DNA of 64,000 bases from Cyanobacteria bacterium J06626_4 (GTDB lineage Bacteria > Cyanobacteriota > Cyanobacteriia > Phormidesmidales > Phormidesmidaceae), in contig JBCBJQ010000017.1 in the NCBI GenBank assembly GCA_038523235.1, forward strand, positions 1-64,000, written 5' to 3'. Within the stretch, counting starts at the first letter, position 1. The number at the start of each line of letters is the position of its first letter. Below, in pieces: positions 53,964 through 64,000 of the stretch. Under the pieces are notes generated by a model, which saw only the letters and a program-made list of their open reading frames with translations, ran no database searches and was not told the origin of the DNA. Position numbers and translations under genes: made by a program.

Positions 53964-54143
53964 CCACAGCAGAATTCAGAATGTGGAAGTTGGAATTGCA
54001 GGCCTGAGCAAACAATAATTTCAGCAATCTGGGATCACCCGCTCAAACCGCAGCTATCTTTCCCTGTGGGCGAGGTGGCATGAGCAAACGCTACGCTCAA
54101 ATCATGACAGCTGCGGTATCTGTGCGTAGCGCTGTAACGCCTG

Positions 54144-55076
54144 TCAGGTCTTTGACGAATTCTGTGACTCGGACTTGTGTGGCGGCTTGTGAGAGTGAAA
54201 CCGAATACCCAGCACGACGTCATAGAGAAAGCCGAAGAAGTCCTTAGCGCCGGTCAAAATGCCCAGCGATTGGGGTGAGCCCTTCGAGTCGAGCAAGGGC
54301 TTCATCACTTCATAGGTCGGCTTGTAGCGATACCAGGGGACTGAGGGCCACAGGTGGTGAACCAGGTGATAGTTTTGGCCCATGATCAGCAGGTTCAAAA
54401 TGCTGCTGGGGTAAACGCGAGCATTTTTCCAACGATCGCGGTCTTCGAAAGGGCGGTGGGGCAGATAGTCAAAAAACAGGCCCAGGGCAATGCCGACAAC
54501 GAGAGCTGGTGAAAACCAGTAGTTAAAGAGATAGCCCAAAAAGTCAAACTGACAGGCGGTGAATACCAGCAAGCCGACTGCTAAGCGACCGAGAAACCAT
54601 TCCAACAGTTCCCAATGGCGCCAGAGCCGCCGTTGAAAGAAATAAATTTCGTGATAGAAAAAGCGGGCGGCAATGAGCCACAGCGGCCCGCCCGTGGAAA
54701 CAAAGTGATCAGGGTCGTTTTCGGGATCGTTCACATGGGCATGATGCTGCAGATGCACGCGCGTAAAGACCGGGTAAGAGAAGCCTAGAATCAGTGCACT
54801 CGCGTGGCCCAAAACGGCATTTACAATGCGATTGCGGTGAGCAGAATTATGAGAAGCATCGTGAATCACCGTCCCTGCTAGGTGCAGAGATACCACATTC
54901 ATGCAAAAGACACACCAACTGGCCCAACCCCACAAAAAATAACCGGCTGTCGACGTGGCAATGAGAGCCACCGAAAACAGCAACATCAATAAGTTGGGAC
55001 TCAATCCGCCATCAGCTTTGAGATAGTCTGAGGGAACGGTTCTGGGCAGTGTCAGGGGCTGACCGGCCACCGACAT
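54144..55076 (-). CDS. crtR: Beta-carotene hydroxylase
   Basis: His boxes HDASH, HLQHH, HLVHHLWP; DPDHFVSTGGPLW. Confidence 0.92.
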   Translation of the reverse strand: MSVAGQPLTLPRTVPSDYLKADGGLSPNLLMLLFSVALIATSTAGYFLWGWASWCVFCMNVVSLHLAGTVIHDASHNSAHRNRIVNAVLGHASALILGFSYPVFTRVHLQHHAHVNDPENDPDHFVSTGGPLWLIAARFFYHEIYFFQRRLWRHWELLEWFLGRLAVGLLVFTACQFDFLGYLFNYWFSPALVVGIALGLFFDYLPHRPFEDRDRWKNARVYPSSILNLLIMGQNYHLVHHLWPSVPWYRYKPTYEVMKPLLDSKGSPQSLGILTGAKDFFGFLYDVVLGIRFHSHKPPHKSESQNSSKT

Positions 55077-55453
55077 ACGCAAAGCTCCTTATAATCTGAC
55101 TCAGGTAGTATACGTCACTCAGGGGCGATAATAAAGTTTTGTGACGTTTCTCATTTAACTATTGCGATCGCCTATGAGCGCTTCTGCATTATCGGCTTGA
55201 GCGGGCAGTTTGCCGGATTATTGCCGTTTTCTTTCAGCTTTACCGGCAGTCTGGTTCATTGAGCGCCCAGAAATCTCATGATGCTCGCTCAATTGGCCCT
55301 TTAGACTTTATCTCAACCGCCTTAGACATCGTCGGGCAAGGGGTAACATGCTACTATCCCGGAGGTTTACGCAAGCGTTGTGATGGGCTGGTTCCGTTTG
55401 GTGAACGGCTCTTTACCTGACGCGTGCCTGCGCTCATTTTCCCTAAAACGGTT

Positions 55454-57244
55454 ATGCAACTTCGAACTGCTCTGCGACGCACCAAGATCGTGGCCACCAT
55501 TGGGCCTGCTACCCAAGATGCTGATGTCTTGCGATCGCTGATCGAAGCGGGTGCCACCACCCTCCGCCTCAATTTTTCCCACGGCACCTACGAAGATCAT
55601 CAGCGCAGCGTTCGCCTCATTCGCCAAGTTTCCTTTGAACTCAATCAGCCCGTGGGGATCTTGCAAGACCTGCAGGGTCCCAAAATTCGCCTCGGTCGCT
55701 TTGCCGATGGCTCCATCCATCTAAATAAGGGGGATAAATTTACCCTCACAAGTCGGTCTCTACCGGGCACCCAGAGCATCAGCTCGGTCACCTACGAACC
55801 GCTGGCCCAAGAAGTGCCCAATGGCGCCACCATTTTGCTCGACGACGGCAAGGTCGAGATGAAAGTGGAAGCGATTGATAAAGAGCAGAATGAACTGCAC
55901 TGTCGGGTCGTGGTGGGCGGCGTGCTGTCGAACAACAAAGGGGTGAACTTCCCTGGCGTGTATCTGTCGATTAAGGCGCTGACCGATAAGGATCGCAAAG
56001 ATCTACTCTTTGGCCTGAATCAAGGAGTGGATTGGGTGGCCCTCAGCTTTGTGCGGAACCCACAGGACGTGCTCGAAATCAAAGAGCTGATCGCTAATGC
56101 CGGTAAGCGGGTACCCGTCATTGTCAAAATCGAGAAGCACGAAGCGATCGAGCAGATGGATGCCATTCTGTCGCTGTCAGACGGCGTCATGGTGGCGCGG
56201 GGGGACTTGGGTGTTGAACTGCCCCCCGAAGAGGTGCCCATTTTGCAAAAGCGGTTAATTAACACGTCTAACCGGCTTGGCATTCCGGTCATCACTGCGA
56301 CTCAGATGCTCGATAGCATGGTCAACAATCCCCGACCGACTCGGGCCGAAGTTTCTGACATTGCCAACGCCATTCTTGATGGCACTGATGCGGTTATGCT
56401 CTCGAACGAAACGGCAGTGGGTAAGCATCCCGTCGAGGCGGTGGCGACGATGGCCCGCGTCGCCTTGCGAACCGAGCAGGAAAATTTTGCCCACGAAGCC
56501 CAAGATATGGTGGGCTCGCCGCGATCGATTCCCAATGCGATCAGTCAGGCGGTGGCGCGCATTGCCTCACAGCTTAGTGCCTCCGCCATCATGACCCTGA
56601 CGAAGTCAGGGGCAACGGCCCGTAACGTTTCCAAATTCCGACCGAAGACGCCCATTTTAGCGGTGACGCCCCACGTGTCTGTTTCCCGGCAGCTGCAGTT
56701 GGTTTGGGGCGTGCGGCCTCTGGTGGTGCTCGATTTGCCTTCGGCTAGTCAAACCTTTCAAGCGGCGATGAACGTGGCGCAAGAAAAAGGGTTTTTGCGC
56801 GAAGGTGATTTGGTGGTGATGACCGCCGGTACTCTGCAGGGCATCTCGGGTTCAACGGATTTGATCAAGGTAGATATTGTGACGGCGGTGCTAGGTACCG
56901 GGGTCGGTATTGGTGAAGGGACGGTGAGCGGTCGGGCTCGCGTCGCGCAAACGGGATTAGACGTGACGGACTTTAACCCCGGTGAAATTTTGGTGGTGAC
57001 GCACACGAGCGCCGACTATGTCGAAGCGATTCGTCAGGCGGGGGGCATTGTGACCGAAGATGACAACCTGACGGGGCATGCGGCAGTGCTGGGTCTACGG
57101 TTAGGCATCCCGGTGATTGTGGGGGTGAAAAACGCCACCGAAACGATTCGCGACGGCACTATTTTGACCTTAGATACGCGCCGGGGCCTGGTCTACTCGG
57201 GGTCTCTCGGTGCAGTGCGGGCAGAAGCATCGCTCGTGGTGTAA
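55454..57244 (+). CDS. pyk: Pyruvate kinase with C-terminal PEP-utiliser-like domain
   Basis: RTKIVATIGPA, RLNFSHG, DLQGPK, KIEK, MVARGDLG, ATQMLDSM. Confidence 0.97.
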   Translation: MQLRTALRRTKIVATIGPATQDADVLRSLIEAGATTLRLNFSHGTYEDHQRSVRLIRQVSFELNQPVGILQDLQGPKIRLGRFADGSIHLNKGDKFTLTSRSLPGTQSISSVTYEPLAQEVPNGATILLDDGKVEMKVEAIDKEQNELHCRVVVGGVLSNNKGVNFPGVYLSIKALTDKDRKDLLFGLNQGVDWVALSFVRNPQDVLEIKELIANAGKRVPVIVKIEKHEAIEQMDAILSLSDGVMVARGDLGVELPPEEVPILQKRLINTSNRLGIPVITATQMLDSMVNNPRPTRAEVSDIANAILDGTDAVMLSNETAVGKHPVEAVATMARVALRTEQENFAHEAQDMVGSPRSIPNAISQAVARIASQLSASAIMTLTKSGATARNVSKFRPKTPILAVTPHVSVSRQLQLVWGVRPLVVLDLPSASQTFQAAMNVAQEKGFLREGDLVVMTAGTLQGISGSTDLIKVDIVTAVLGTGVGIGEGTVSGRARVAQTGLDVTDFNPGEILVVTHTSADYVEAIRQAGGIVTEDDNLTGHAAVLGLRLGIPVIVGVKNATETIRDGTILTLDTRRGLVYSGSLGAVRAEASLVV

Positions 57245-57482
57245 GACAGAATGCGGTTGATGTGGCCATGGTCAGATGTCTGGGAGAGAGGCAGGGGCGC
57301 TGGAAAGCGCGGGAGCAACAAAACTAGCTCTCCGGCTTTTCCAAGATGGCATCAGGAGTCCGAGCACTCAGAAGGGCTATTTATCTACATTGTGAGTATG
57401 CCACCAGGATTCGTTGGTCATTCGTCATCAGGGCGACTCCATCTGGGCACTCTGAGACAATACACTTGGTGCGGCAAGGGTA

Positions 57483-59360
57483 ATGGCTCCCATGGAACTC
57501 AAACAATTGACCTTGGTCAGCGGCAAGGGCGGCGTCGGCAAAACCACCTTTTCCTGTGCGATTGCCCTCTCCCAGGCGCAGCAGCAGCCGGATGAACAGG
57601 TGCTGCTGCTCTCGACTGATCCGGCCCATTCCCTCGGGGATGTGTTGCTGCTGCCGGTGGATGACGAGGCGCGATCGCACCCCGATGCCGCCAACCTTAG
57701 GGTGCGGGCGCTAGATGCCGAAGCGTTACTGCAAGCTTTTAAGGCTGACTATGGCAGCGTGCTCGAAACCCTGGTAGAGCGGGGCAGTTTTGTCGAAGAT
57801 GACGATCTTTCCCCCGTGTGGGATATGGATTGGCCCGGTCTGAACGAACTGATGGGGCTGCTTGAAATTCAACGCATTTTGCGGGCGGGCGAGGCTGATC
57901 GCGTCATCGTTGATATGGCCCCCAGTGGTCATACGCTCAACCTGTTTGGGCTGATGGATTTTCTCGATACGCTGCTGCAATCGCTGCGGCTGTTTCAAGA
58001 CAAGCACCGTTATATGATCGAAGCGCTCTCCAAAACCAAAAGTTACGACCCAGACGACGCTGACACCTTTTTAGACGATATGACTGCCGACTTGGCCGCC
58101 GGGCGATCGCAGCTGCAAGATGCTGCCCGCACCGCCTGTTGGGTGGTGGCAATTCCCGAGCCATTGAGTCTGCGTGAAACGGAACGCTTTGTCGAGGCTT
58201 TAGACGAGCTGCACATTCCCCTCGGCGGCATTGTGGTCAATCGGCTGACGGGCAGTGCCGGACAAAATCAGCATCTGGCTGGGTTCGACCAGATTCCGGC
58301 CCCTCATACGGTGTTGGGGCTACCGCTGTGGCCGCTGGAGCCGGTAGGCAGTGAGGCGCTGCAGTCGCTGTTGACCGGGCTGACCTCGACGCAAACCTGG
58401 CAGACCAAAACTACTCCTGAAACCACCCTGACTTGGCCTGAGCCCTTGTTCCCGGGACTAGATGATTTCATCACGGCGGGTCGGCGATTGGTGATTTTAG
58501 GCGGCAAAGGCGGCGTCGGCAAAACCACCGTCGCGGCGGCGATCGCTACCGGCATGGCCCAGCAGCATCCCCAAGCTGCTGTGCGCGTCATGTCGATTGA
58601 CCCGGCCCACTCGCTGGGAGACGCCTTGGAGGTCACGCTGCAGAATGAGCCGGTACCCATCACGGGTAATCTCTCGGCGCAAGAAGTGGATGCCGATATC
58701 ATTCTCGATCAATTTCGCCATGATTACCTTTGGGAGCTGGCCGAAATGATGAGCGGCGACACGGGCGACGATGGCCTGCAAATCGCCTATGGCCCCGAAG
58801 CGTGGCGACAGATCGTGGCGCAAGCCTTGCCTGGCATTGATGAAATGCTCTCGCTCATCACCGTGATTGACCTGCTAGAGCAAAATCAAGAACAGCTGAT
58901 TGTGCTGGATACGGCTCCCACGGGTCACCTGCTCCGCTTTTTAGAAATGCCAGTGGCACTCGGTGACTGGCTCGCCTGGATCTTTAAGCTGTGGATCAAG
59001 TATCAGCATGTGGTGGGCCGTACAGAACTGATGGGACGGCTGCGAACCCTGCGTAAACAGGTGATGAACGCGCAAAAGCGCCTGACTGACCCCACCCACA
59101 CCGAATTCATTGGTGTGGTGCAAAACCAGTCGGCCATTCTGGCAGAAGCGGCTCGCCTCAACACCACTCTGACCGATATGCAAGTTGCCCAGCGCTATGT
59201 CGTGCATAACCGCTATCAGACTGGGCAAGCGCTCCCTGAGGAACTGTTTGCTGATCAAACTGTGGTGCGGCTACCGGCGCTCCCCGACAGCGTCAGTCCG
59301 AGGGCTCAGGTGGAGGGAGCAGCGCGTCTCTTGTTTGCGGCCAGCAGCGCTTGTGCTTAA
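57483..59360 (+). CDS. ArsA/Get3-family ATPase with two nucleotide-binding domains
   Basis: Two GKGGVGKTT P-loops, STDPAHSL/SIDPAHSL, DMAPSGH/DTAPTGH. Confidence 0.9.
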   Translation: MAPMELKQLTLVSGKGGVGKTTFSCAIALSQAQQQPDEQVLLLSTDPAHSLGDVLLLPVDDEARSHPDAANLRVRALDAEALLQAFKADYGSVLETLVERGSFVEDDDLSPVWDMDWPGLNELMGLLEIQRILRAGEADRVIVDMAPSGHTLNLFGLMDFLDTLLQSLRLFQDKHRYMIEALSKTKSYDPDDADTFLDDMTADLAAGRSQLQDAARTACWVVAIPEPLSLRETERFVEALDELHIPLGGIVVNRLTGSAGQNQHLAGFDQIPAPHTVLGLPLWPLEPVGSEALQSLLTGLTSTQTWQTKTTPETTLTWPEPLFPGLDDFITAGRRLVILGGKGGVGKTTVAAAIATGMAQQHPQAAVRVMSIDPAHSLGDALEVTLQNEPVPITGNLSAQEVDADIILDQFRHDYLWELAEMMSGDTGDDGLQIAYGPEAWRQIVAQALPGIDEMLSLITVIDLLEQNQEQLIVLDTAPTGHLLRFLEMPVALGDWLAWIFKLWIKYQHVVGRTELMGRLRTLRKQVMNAQKRLTDPTHTEFIGVVQNQSAILAEAARLNTTLTDMQVAQRYVVHNRYQTGQALPEELFADQTVVRLPALPDSVSPRAQVEGAARLLFAASSACA

Positions 59361-59637
59361 GGTCTGGTTCAGGGCAAGACTCGTTGACCCATGAGCCACC
59401 CTCAGGCTTGTTATGTGCATTCTGAATGCGGTGATGGAGGCGCTGTCATCCGACCCATTTAAAGTGTGTACTTGAATTCATGAAGAACGCTGAAGTAACG
59501 ATTGTGTCTATGTTTGACGCTTTGTAACAGGTGTCAGCTCGCCGCGCGATCGCCCCCTAGCTTCCTGATAACGTGGGTGGAGCTAATGGTTGCCATTGCC
59601 CTAGGCCAGCGCCGATGGGCACCGTATCAGGAGAATT

Positions 59638-60696
59638 ATGGTCAGCACTGTTCCTCACTCACCCAGCGTCAAAACGACCGTCGAAGAGACCCTGCTCGCG
59701 CCTCGGTTTTATACCACCAACTTTGACAAAGCCGCTGAGATGGATTTGTCTCAGGGCGAAGAAGAACTGCAGGCGATGCTGGCCGAAATGCAGGCCGACT
59801 ACAACCGCTATCATTTTGTTCGCACTGAAGCCTTTGAAGCCGCCTGGAATCACATTCAAGGGGAAGAACGCGCGGCCTTTGTCGATTATTTAGAACGTTC
59901 CTGCGTCTCAGAATTTTCAGGCTTTCTGCTCTTCAAAGAACTGTCGCGCAAGCTCAAGCAGCGCAGCCCCTTGCTGGCCGAAATTTTTCACCTGATGGCC
60001 CGCGATGAGGCCCGCCACGCTGGTTTTATCAACAAAGCCATGGCGGATTTCAACATTTCCCTCGATCTGGCGAAGCTGACGAAAAACCGGACTTACACCT
60101 TTTTTCCGGTGGAGTGGGTGATCTATGCGGTTTATCTGTCGGAGAAAATTGGCTACTGGCGCTATATTCTGATTTTTCATCATCTCGAAAAGCAGCCTGA
60201 GAATAAGTTCTATCCGCTGTTTGACTACTTTGAAAGCTGGTGCCAAGACGAAAACCGTCACGGCGACATCTTCAAAGCGCTATTGCGATCGCAGCCCCAT
60301 ATGTGGCAAGGCTGGCAGGCACGATTTTGGAGTCGTTTCTTTCTGCTGTCGGTGTTTGCGACTCACTCATTAACCGTTCACGAACGCAGCAAATTTTATG
60401 AAATGCTGGGGTTAGACGCGGCGGCCTTTGACGAAGAAGTGGTGCGACAGACCAACGCTACGGCGGCGCGGGCTTTTCCGGTCATGCTGAATGTCGATCA
60501 TCCCGACTTTTTTAAACGGCTTGATCGCTGTGTCGAGCGGAATGTGCAATTGAAGGCGATCGCCACCAGTAACCTGCCGCGCCCCTTCAAGTTATTGCGC
60601 AAAGTGCCCCATATTTTGGGCACCGCTGGTGATCTGCTCCGCTTGTTCCTGCTAAAACCCATCGATACCGAATCCCTGCGCGCTACGGTTCGATAA
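59638..60696 (+). CDS. acsF: Mg-protoporphyrin IX monomethyl ester (oxidative) cyclase
   Basis: LLAPRFYTT, DYNRYHF, SCVSEFSGFLL, DEARHAG, SEKIGYWRY, WCQDENRHGD. Confidence 0.95.
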   Translation: MVSTVPHSPSVKTTVEETLLAPRFYTTNFDKAAEMDLSQGEEELQAMLAEMQADYNRYHFVRTEAFEAAWNHIQGEERAAFVDYLERSCVSEFSGFLLFKELSRKLKQRSPLLAEIFHLMARDEARHAGFINKAMADFNISLDLAKLTKNRTYTFFPVEWVIYAVYLSEKIGYWRYILIFHHLEKQPENKFYPLFDYFESWCQDENRHGDIFKALLRSQPHMWQGWQARFWSRFFLLSVFATHSLTVHERSKFYEMLGLDAAAFDEEVVRQTNATAARAFPVMLNVDHPDFFKRLDRCVERNVQLKAIATSNLPRPFKLLRKVPHILGTAGDLLRLFLLKPIDTESLRATVR

Positions 60697-60901
60697 GGAT
60701 TCCGAACCGCCCACACCTTCTGTCTCTAGAACGCCTGCTGTCAGCATTGGGCACTGCTAAATCTTGACAGCAGGCGTTTGACCATTTTGGGCAACCCTCT
60801 GCATTTTGAACTCTGAATCCCGAATTTCTCCTTCAAATTGCTCCCGACTGCCCTGCCCCCCTATGCAACAATGATGGGTCTGTGCCGTTACTCTCCACTT
60901 T

Positions 60902-61960
60902 ATGAATCCTGCCTCTTCCCCGTCTGCCGACAGCATTGCTGCGGCGCTCGACCCGAGCACCGACCTCAACTTTGCTCTGCCCAACCCCGAGGATGAGAAC
61001 CTCTCAGAGCTTGAATTTCAGCGGCAGATTGAGCTGGCCTGGCAGGTGTGCGATCGCTTTGATTTGCAAACGGATATTTGGCGGGGGCGGATTATGCGTA
61101 CGGTGCGCGATCGCGAAAAGCGCGGGGGCGATGGTCGGGGCACCGGGTTTTTGAATTGGCTGCGCGATCGTGAAATCACTAAAAGCCAGGCCTACTCGCT
61201 GATTGAGCTAGCGGAAAGTGCCGACACGCTGCTGCAAGATGGCATGTTAGAGCCCGAATCGGTCAACAACTTTAGCAAGCGAGCCTTTATCGAGACCGCA
61301 CAGTCGGCCCCCGAAGTGCAGCAATTGGTAAGTGATGCCGCCCAGCGCGGCGAGCAGATTACGCGTCGTGAAGTGCGGCAAATCTCGGATGAGTGGACTG
61401 CCATGACCTCCGATTTACTGCCTGCTGAACTGAAGGAAAAAGCTGCGAACAATACCATTCCTACCCGCTATCTCGCACCTCTGGTTAAGGAGATGGAAAA
61501 ACTACCCGTTCCCCATCGGGAGACGCTCAGAACTGAGGTGATGCTCAACCCTGATATTGATACGCTGAAGCAAGTGACGGCTGAGGCTCGCTATCTGGCT
61601 AAATATTTAGAAGCGGCGGTACAGGTGCAGGCGCTCGACAGCGAAAACCTCGATTTAGAACAGGCCCTCGAAGAGGCGTTGCGGATTGGCTGTCTCAACG
61701 CGACGGCAGATCTAGTGAAACAAGCGGCGCAGCTAGAGCAGGCCACCGCTAAGCTTTATAACGCTTGGACTCAAATGAACAAGCTATCAGAACGGGTCTT
61801 TGTCGATAGCGGTTCGAGTACGCCGCAGCTGCGCAATTTGTTGAGCCATTTAGAGCCTCTGACGAGTCAAACCCTAGAAGTACAGCTGGGCGATCCGGAA
61901 AGTCCGCTATCCCACATGGTGCGACTGCGATTGTTGTCGGCGGATGGTGGTGATGAGTGA
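60902..61960 (+). CDS. Conserved cyanobacterial hypothetical protein
   Basis: AWQVCDRFDLQTDIWRGRI, FLNWLRDREITKSQAYSLI; helical. Confidence 0.75.
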   Translation: MNPASSPSADSIAAALDPSTDLNFALPNPEDENLSELEFQRQIELAWQVCDRFDLQTDIWRGRIMRTVRDREKRGGDGRGTGFLNWLRDREITKSQAYSLIELAESADTLLQDGMLEPESVNNFSKRAFIETAQSAPEVQQLVSDAAQRGEQITRREVRQISDEWTAMTSDLLPAELKEKAANNTIPTRYLAPLVKEMEKLPVPHRETLRTEVMLNPDIDTLKQVTAEARYLAKYLEAAVQVQALDSENLDLEQALEEALRIGCLNATADLVKQAAQLEQATAKLYNAWTQMNKLSERVFVDSGSSTPQLRNLLSHLEPLTSQTLEVQLGDPESPLSHMVRLRLLSADGGDE

Positions 61961-62102
61961 CGCGGCAGTGGAGAGTAATGAGTTAGCAGCGTGAGGGCGA
62001 TCGCTAGTGGGCGATCGACTTGGACGCAACGATTTCTGTAAGTGGTCTCGTGGGTCGGGCGATCGCGAGTAAGATGCAGACAACGCCAGTGCCGCTGCCC
62101 CC

Positions 62103-62678
62103 ATGTCAGAAGAGTCGAACTTTGACGCACCCGGTAAGCCCCCGATTGACCCCGGTTTTACGCCGCCCGAAGAGGATGCTGCCAGCGATGGTGACAGGAA
62201 GTGGATCATTCCGGTGGTGGCGCTGGGCTGCGGCTGCGTCTGTTTGCCGTTGATAGTGGTTTTGTCGGTGCTGTTTGGTTTAGGTAGTTCGGTGCAGCGC
62301 CTCTACAAATCCACCGGCTCTTATCAGGTGTATCAATTGGCATCGACTGAAGTCGAGTCCAGCGATGCAGTGGTTGAGGCGTTGGGCAGTCCGGTCGAGA
62401 CGGGTTGGACGTCAAAAGTGCAAGAAACCTACCCGGCTGATGGGGTAGGGGAGGTCTGTATTCGATTTAACGTGTCTGGTGACGATCATCGCGGTAGTGT
62501 CTATGCCGAGGCGCAAAACGAACAGGGTGCTTGGCAGCTGTATCAGCTCAGCGTAGCGGTCAATGGTGAACCGGAGCCGCTAACGTTGCTCCCGCTCCCT
62601 ACTGAGAGATCGCCCCTCTGCCCCGATTTTGACGAGCCTGAGCCTGAGCCCAACGCAGAAGAAACGCCGGTGATCTAG
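62103..62678 (+). CDS. Membrane protein with Coa1-like domain
   Basis: TM with GCGCVC, then VVEALGSPVETG...FNVSG...GSVYAEA...GAW. Confidence 0.65.
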   Translation: MSEESNFDAPGKPPIDPGFTPPEEDAASDGDRKWIIPVVALGCGCVCLPLIVVLSVLFGLGSSVQRLYKSTGSYQVYQLASTEVESSDAVVEALGSPVETGWTSKVQETYPADGVGEVCIRFNVSGDDHRGSVYAEAQNEQGAWQLYQLSVAVNGEPEPLTLLPLPTERSPLCPDFDEPEPEPNAEETPVI

Positions 62679-62681
62679 CGG

Positions 62682-63509
62682 CTAATCCTGCTGGTGGGAA
62701 AACTGATACGCTCCGGCGTAAGCCAAGGCGATCGCAAACCCACCCAACACCGGCAAGCTATACCAGGGAAACGCTGACAGCGGCTGGTAGGCAGCGGCCC
62801 GTAGGCCGATGGTGGTATAGGTAAGCGGCAGCAGATAAACAATCCCTTTGAGTACGACTGGTAAGGTGCTTGGGTCAAAAAAGGTGCCGCCGAGAAATGA
62901 CATCGGCACGATCAAAAAATTATTGAACAGACCGACACTTTCCAGTGATTTGACGTTCAAACCAACAATGACGCCTAAACCTGCAAACACGGCTGAGTTC
63001 AACACCAGCAAGCTGAGAAATAGCGGGTTCAAAAAGCTCCAGACCTGACCCGTAAACAAAACCGCCACCAAAATTACCGAAGCTGCCGTCATCATGCCCC
63101 GCACGATGCCCGCCAGCATCTTGCCCAGGTACAGCGCTAGGGGATGAACCGGATAGAGCAGCATTTCCTCAAAGGTTTTGGTGAAGAGGCGATCGCCGCA
63201 AATTGAAAAGGTGGTGCCGCCAAAGCTAATCACCATCGAAGAAAGCGCTACCATGCCCGGCAGAATAAACTCCAGATAGTTGTCGCCGGCGGTGGGTTGG
63301 CTAACTTGATCGAGCGAACTACCCAGACCCAGACCAAACGCCAAGATGTAAATCAGCGGTGACACTAGCCCAGAAGCCGCGACTTGAGGAATGCGCACTC
63401 GCAAGTCGAGCCAGTCTCCCCAAAAAACGGTCAGGCTGTCGTCCACTAAGGTCTTGAGAAAGTGGCCCCAAGAAGACCGGCGAATTTTGCGAGGAGCGTT
63501 AACATCCAC
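62682..63509 (-). CDS. ABC-2 type transporter permease
   Basis: YLEFILPG, PMSFLGGTFF, LLPLTY. Confidence 0.88.
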   Translation of the reverse strand: MDVNAPRKIRRSSWGHFLKTLVDDSLTVFWGDWLDLRVRIPQVAASGLVSPLIYILAFGLGLGSSLDQVSQPTAGDNYLEFILPGMVALSSMVISFGGTTFSICGDRLFTKTFEEMLLYPVHPLALYLGKMLAGIVRGMMTAASVILVAVLFTGQVWSFLNPLFLSLLVLNSAVFAGLGVIVGLNVKSLESVGLFNNFLIVPMSFLGGTFFDPSTLPVVLKGIVYLLPLTYTTIGLRAAAYQPLSAFPWYSLPVLGGFAIALAYAGAYQFSHQQD

Positions 63510-63765
63510 AGTGGCGACCTGAGAAAAAGTGTTTACAGTTTTTCACATAGCTTCTCTACTTTACCCTGAGTTGCGATAGGTTTTATCGTCCTAAAGTGGA
63601 ACCGTCGATTTTGCTGAGGCGCTTTTGAGGCAATGACTCAGCCTGTTAACTGGCCATTTCAGGGCGTCAGAGTGACCCATAAAAATGGTACAAAAGTATT
63701 TAACTGCTTGAAGCGATCGCTTGCTGGCGATATCAACAGCCCCCAGATGGTTAGAGGCGTGGGCA

Positions 63766-64000
63766 ATGGCAAAAAACCGCTCAATTTATGTGTGCAACAG
63801 CTGCGGTGCTGAGTCGTCGCAATATTTCGGCAAATGCGCTGTCTGCGGCGAGTGGAACACGCTGGTGGAGCAGGTCGCTCCCCCCACTGAAGCCGCCAAG
63901 GTGGGGGCGCTGCGCGGGCGATCGCGCACGGCGACGACAAAAAAAAGTGCTCAATCCCCTGCCCCGCGCCTGGCATTAACCCTGAATCAGATTGAAGATC
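63766..64000 (+). CDS. radA: DNA repair protein RadA/Sms, 5' part (runs off the window)
   Basis: Read directly (not in ORF track): MAKNRSIYVCNSCGAESSQYFGKCAVCGEWNTLVEQ, C4 zinc finger. Confidence 0.9.
   Translation, partial: MAKNRSIYVCNSCGAESSQYFGKCAVCGEWNTLVEQVAPPTEAAKVGALRGRSRTATTKKSAQSPAPRLALTLNQIED

Noticed and set aside
56880..57244. Extra C-terminal domain on pyruvate kinase as a novelty
   Set aside because: A PEP-utiliser-like extension is well known in cyanobacterial and Bacillus pyruvate kinases.
57483..59360. Arsenic resistance operon
   Set aside because: No other ars genes, and Cys ligands are apparently absent.
63531..63548. HLR1/RpaB-like direct repeat TTTACAGT-TT-TTCACATA
   Set aside because: Imperfect match that could arise by chance in an AT-rich promoter; not enough support.
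63659..63979. ORFs 63659-63976 (-) and 63788-63979 (+)
   Set aside because: Superseded by the radA frame starting at 63766.

Overview
This is a chromosomal window from a cyanobacterium. The evidence is dense HIP1 GCGATCGC octamers and genes such as atpD/atpC, ycf65, crtR, acsF and ndhV-like; the moderate-GC style suggests a Leptolyngbyaceae-like lineage (inference). Most of the window is housekeeping: rmuC, ABC1 kinase, metH, ppk1, ATP synthase beta/epsilon, proB, galE, cysH, gmd, argS, sppA, aroH, crtR, pyk, ArsA/Get3-like ATPase, acsF, and the start of radA. I saw no rRNA, tRNA or CRISPR array. Notable items: (1) a 1307-bp ISAzo13-family element with 32-bp IRs and a 3-bp target duplication that interrupts a CheB-CheR-PAS fusion gene, whose reading frame is restored exactly when the element is removed; (2) an AT-richer nucleotidyltransferase gene followed by a solitary integron attC-like site; (3) an apparent operon of a secreted fasciclin protein ending in a Pro-rich stalk plus PVRGLW, followed by two translationally coupled L,D-transpeptidases, a candidate cell-wall sorting system; (4) a MITE-like element with a nested small palindromic insertion; (5) an in-frame 8-mer tandem repeat inside metH; (6) a YcxB-like gene with a premature TGA; (7) structured leaders upstream of gmd and acsF. 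All product calls come from motif recognition by eye; no database search was run.
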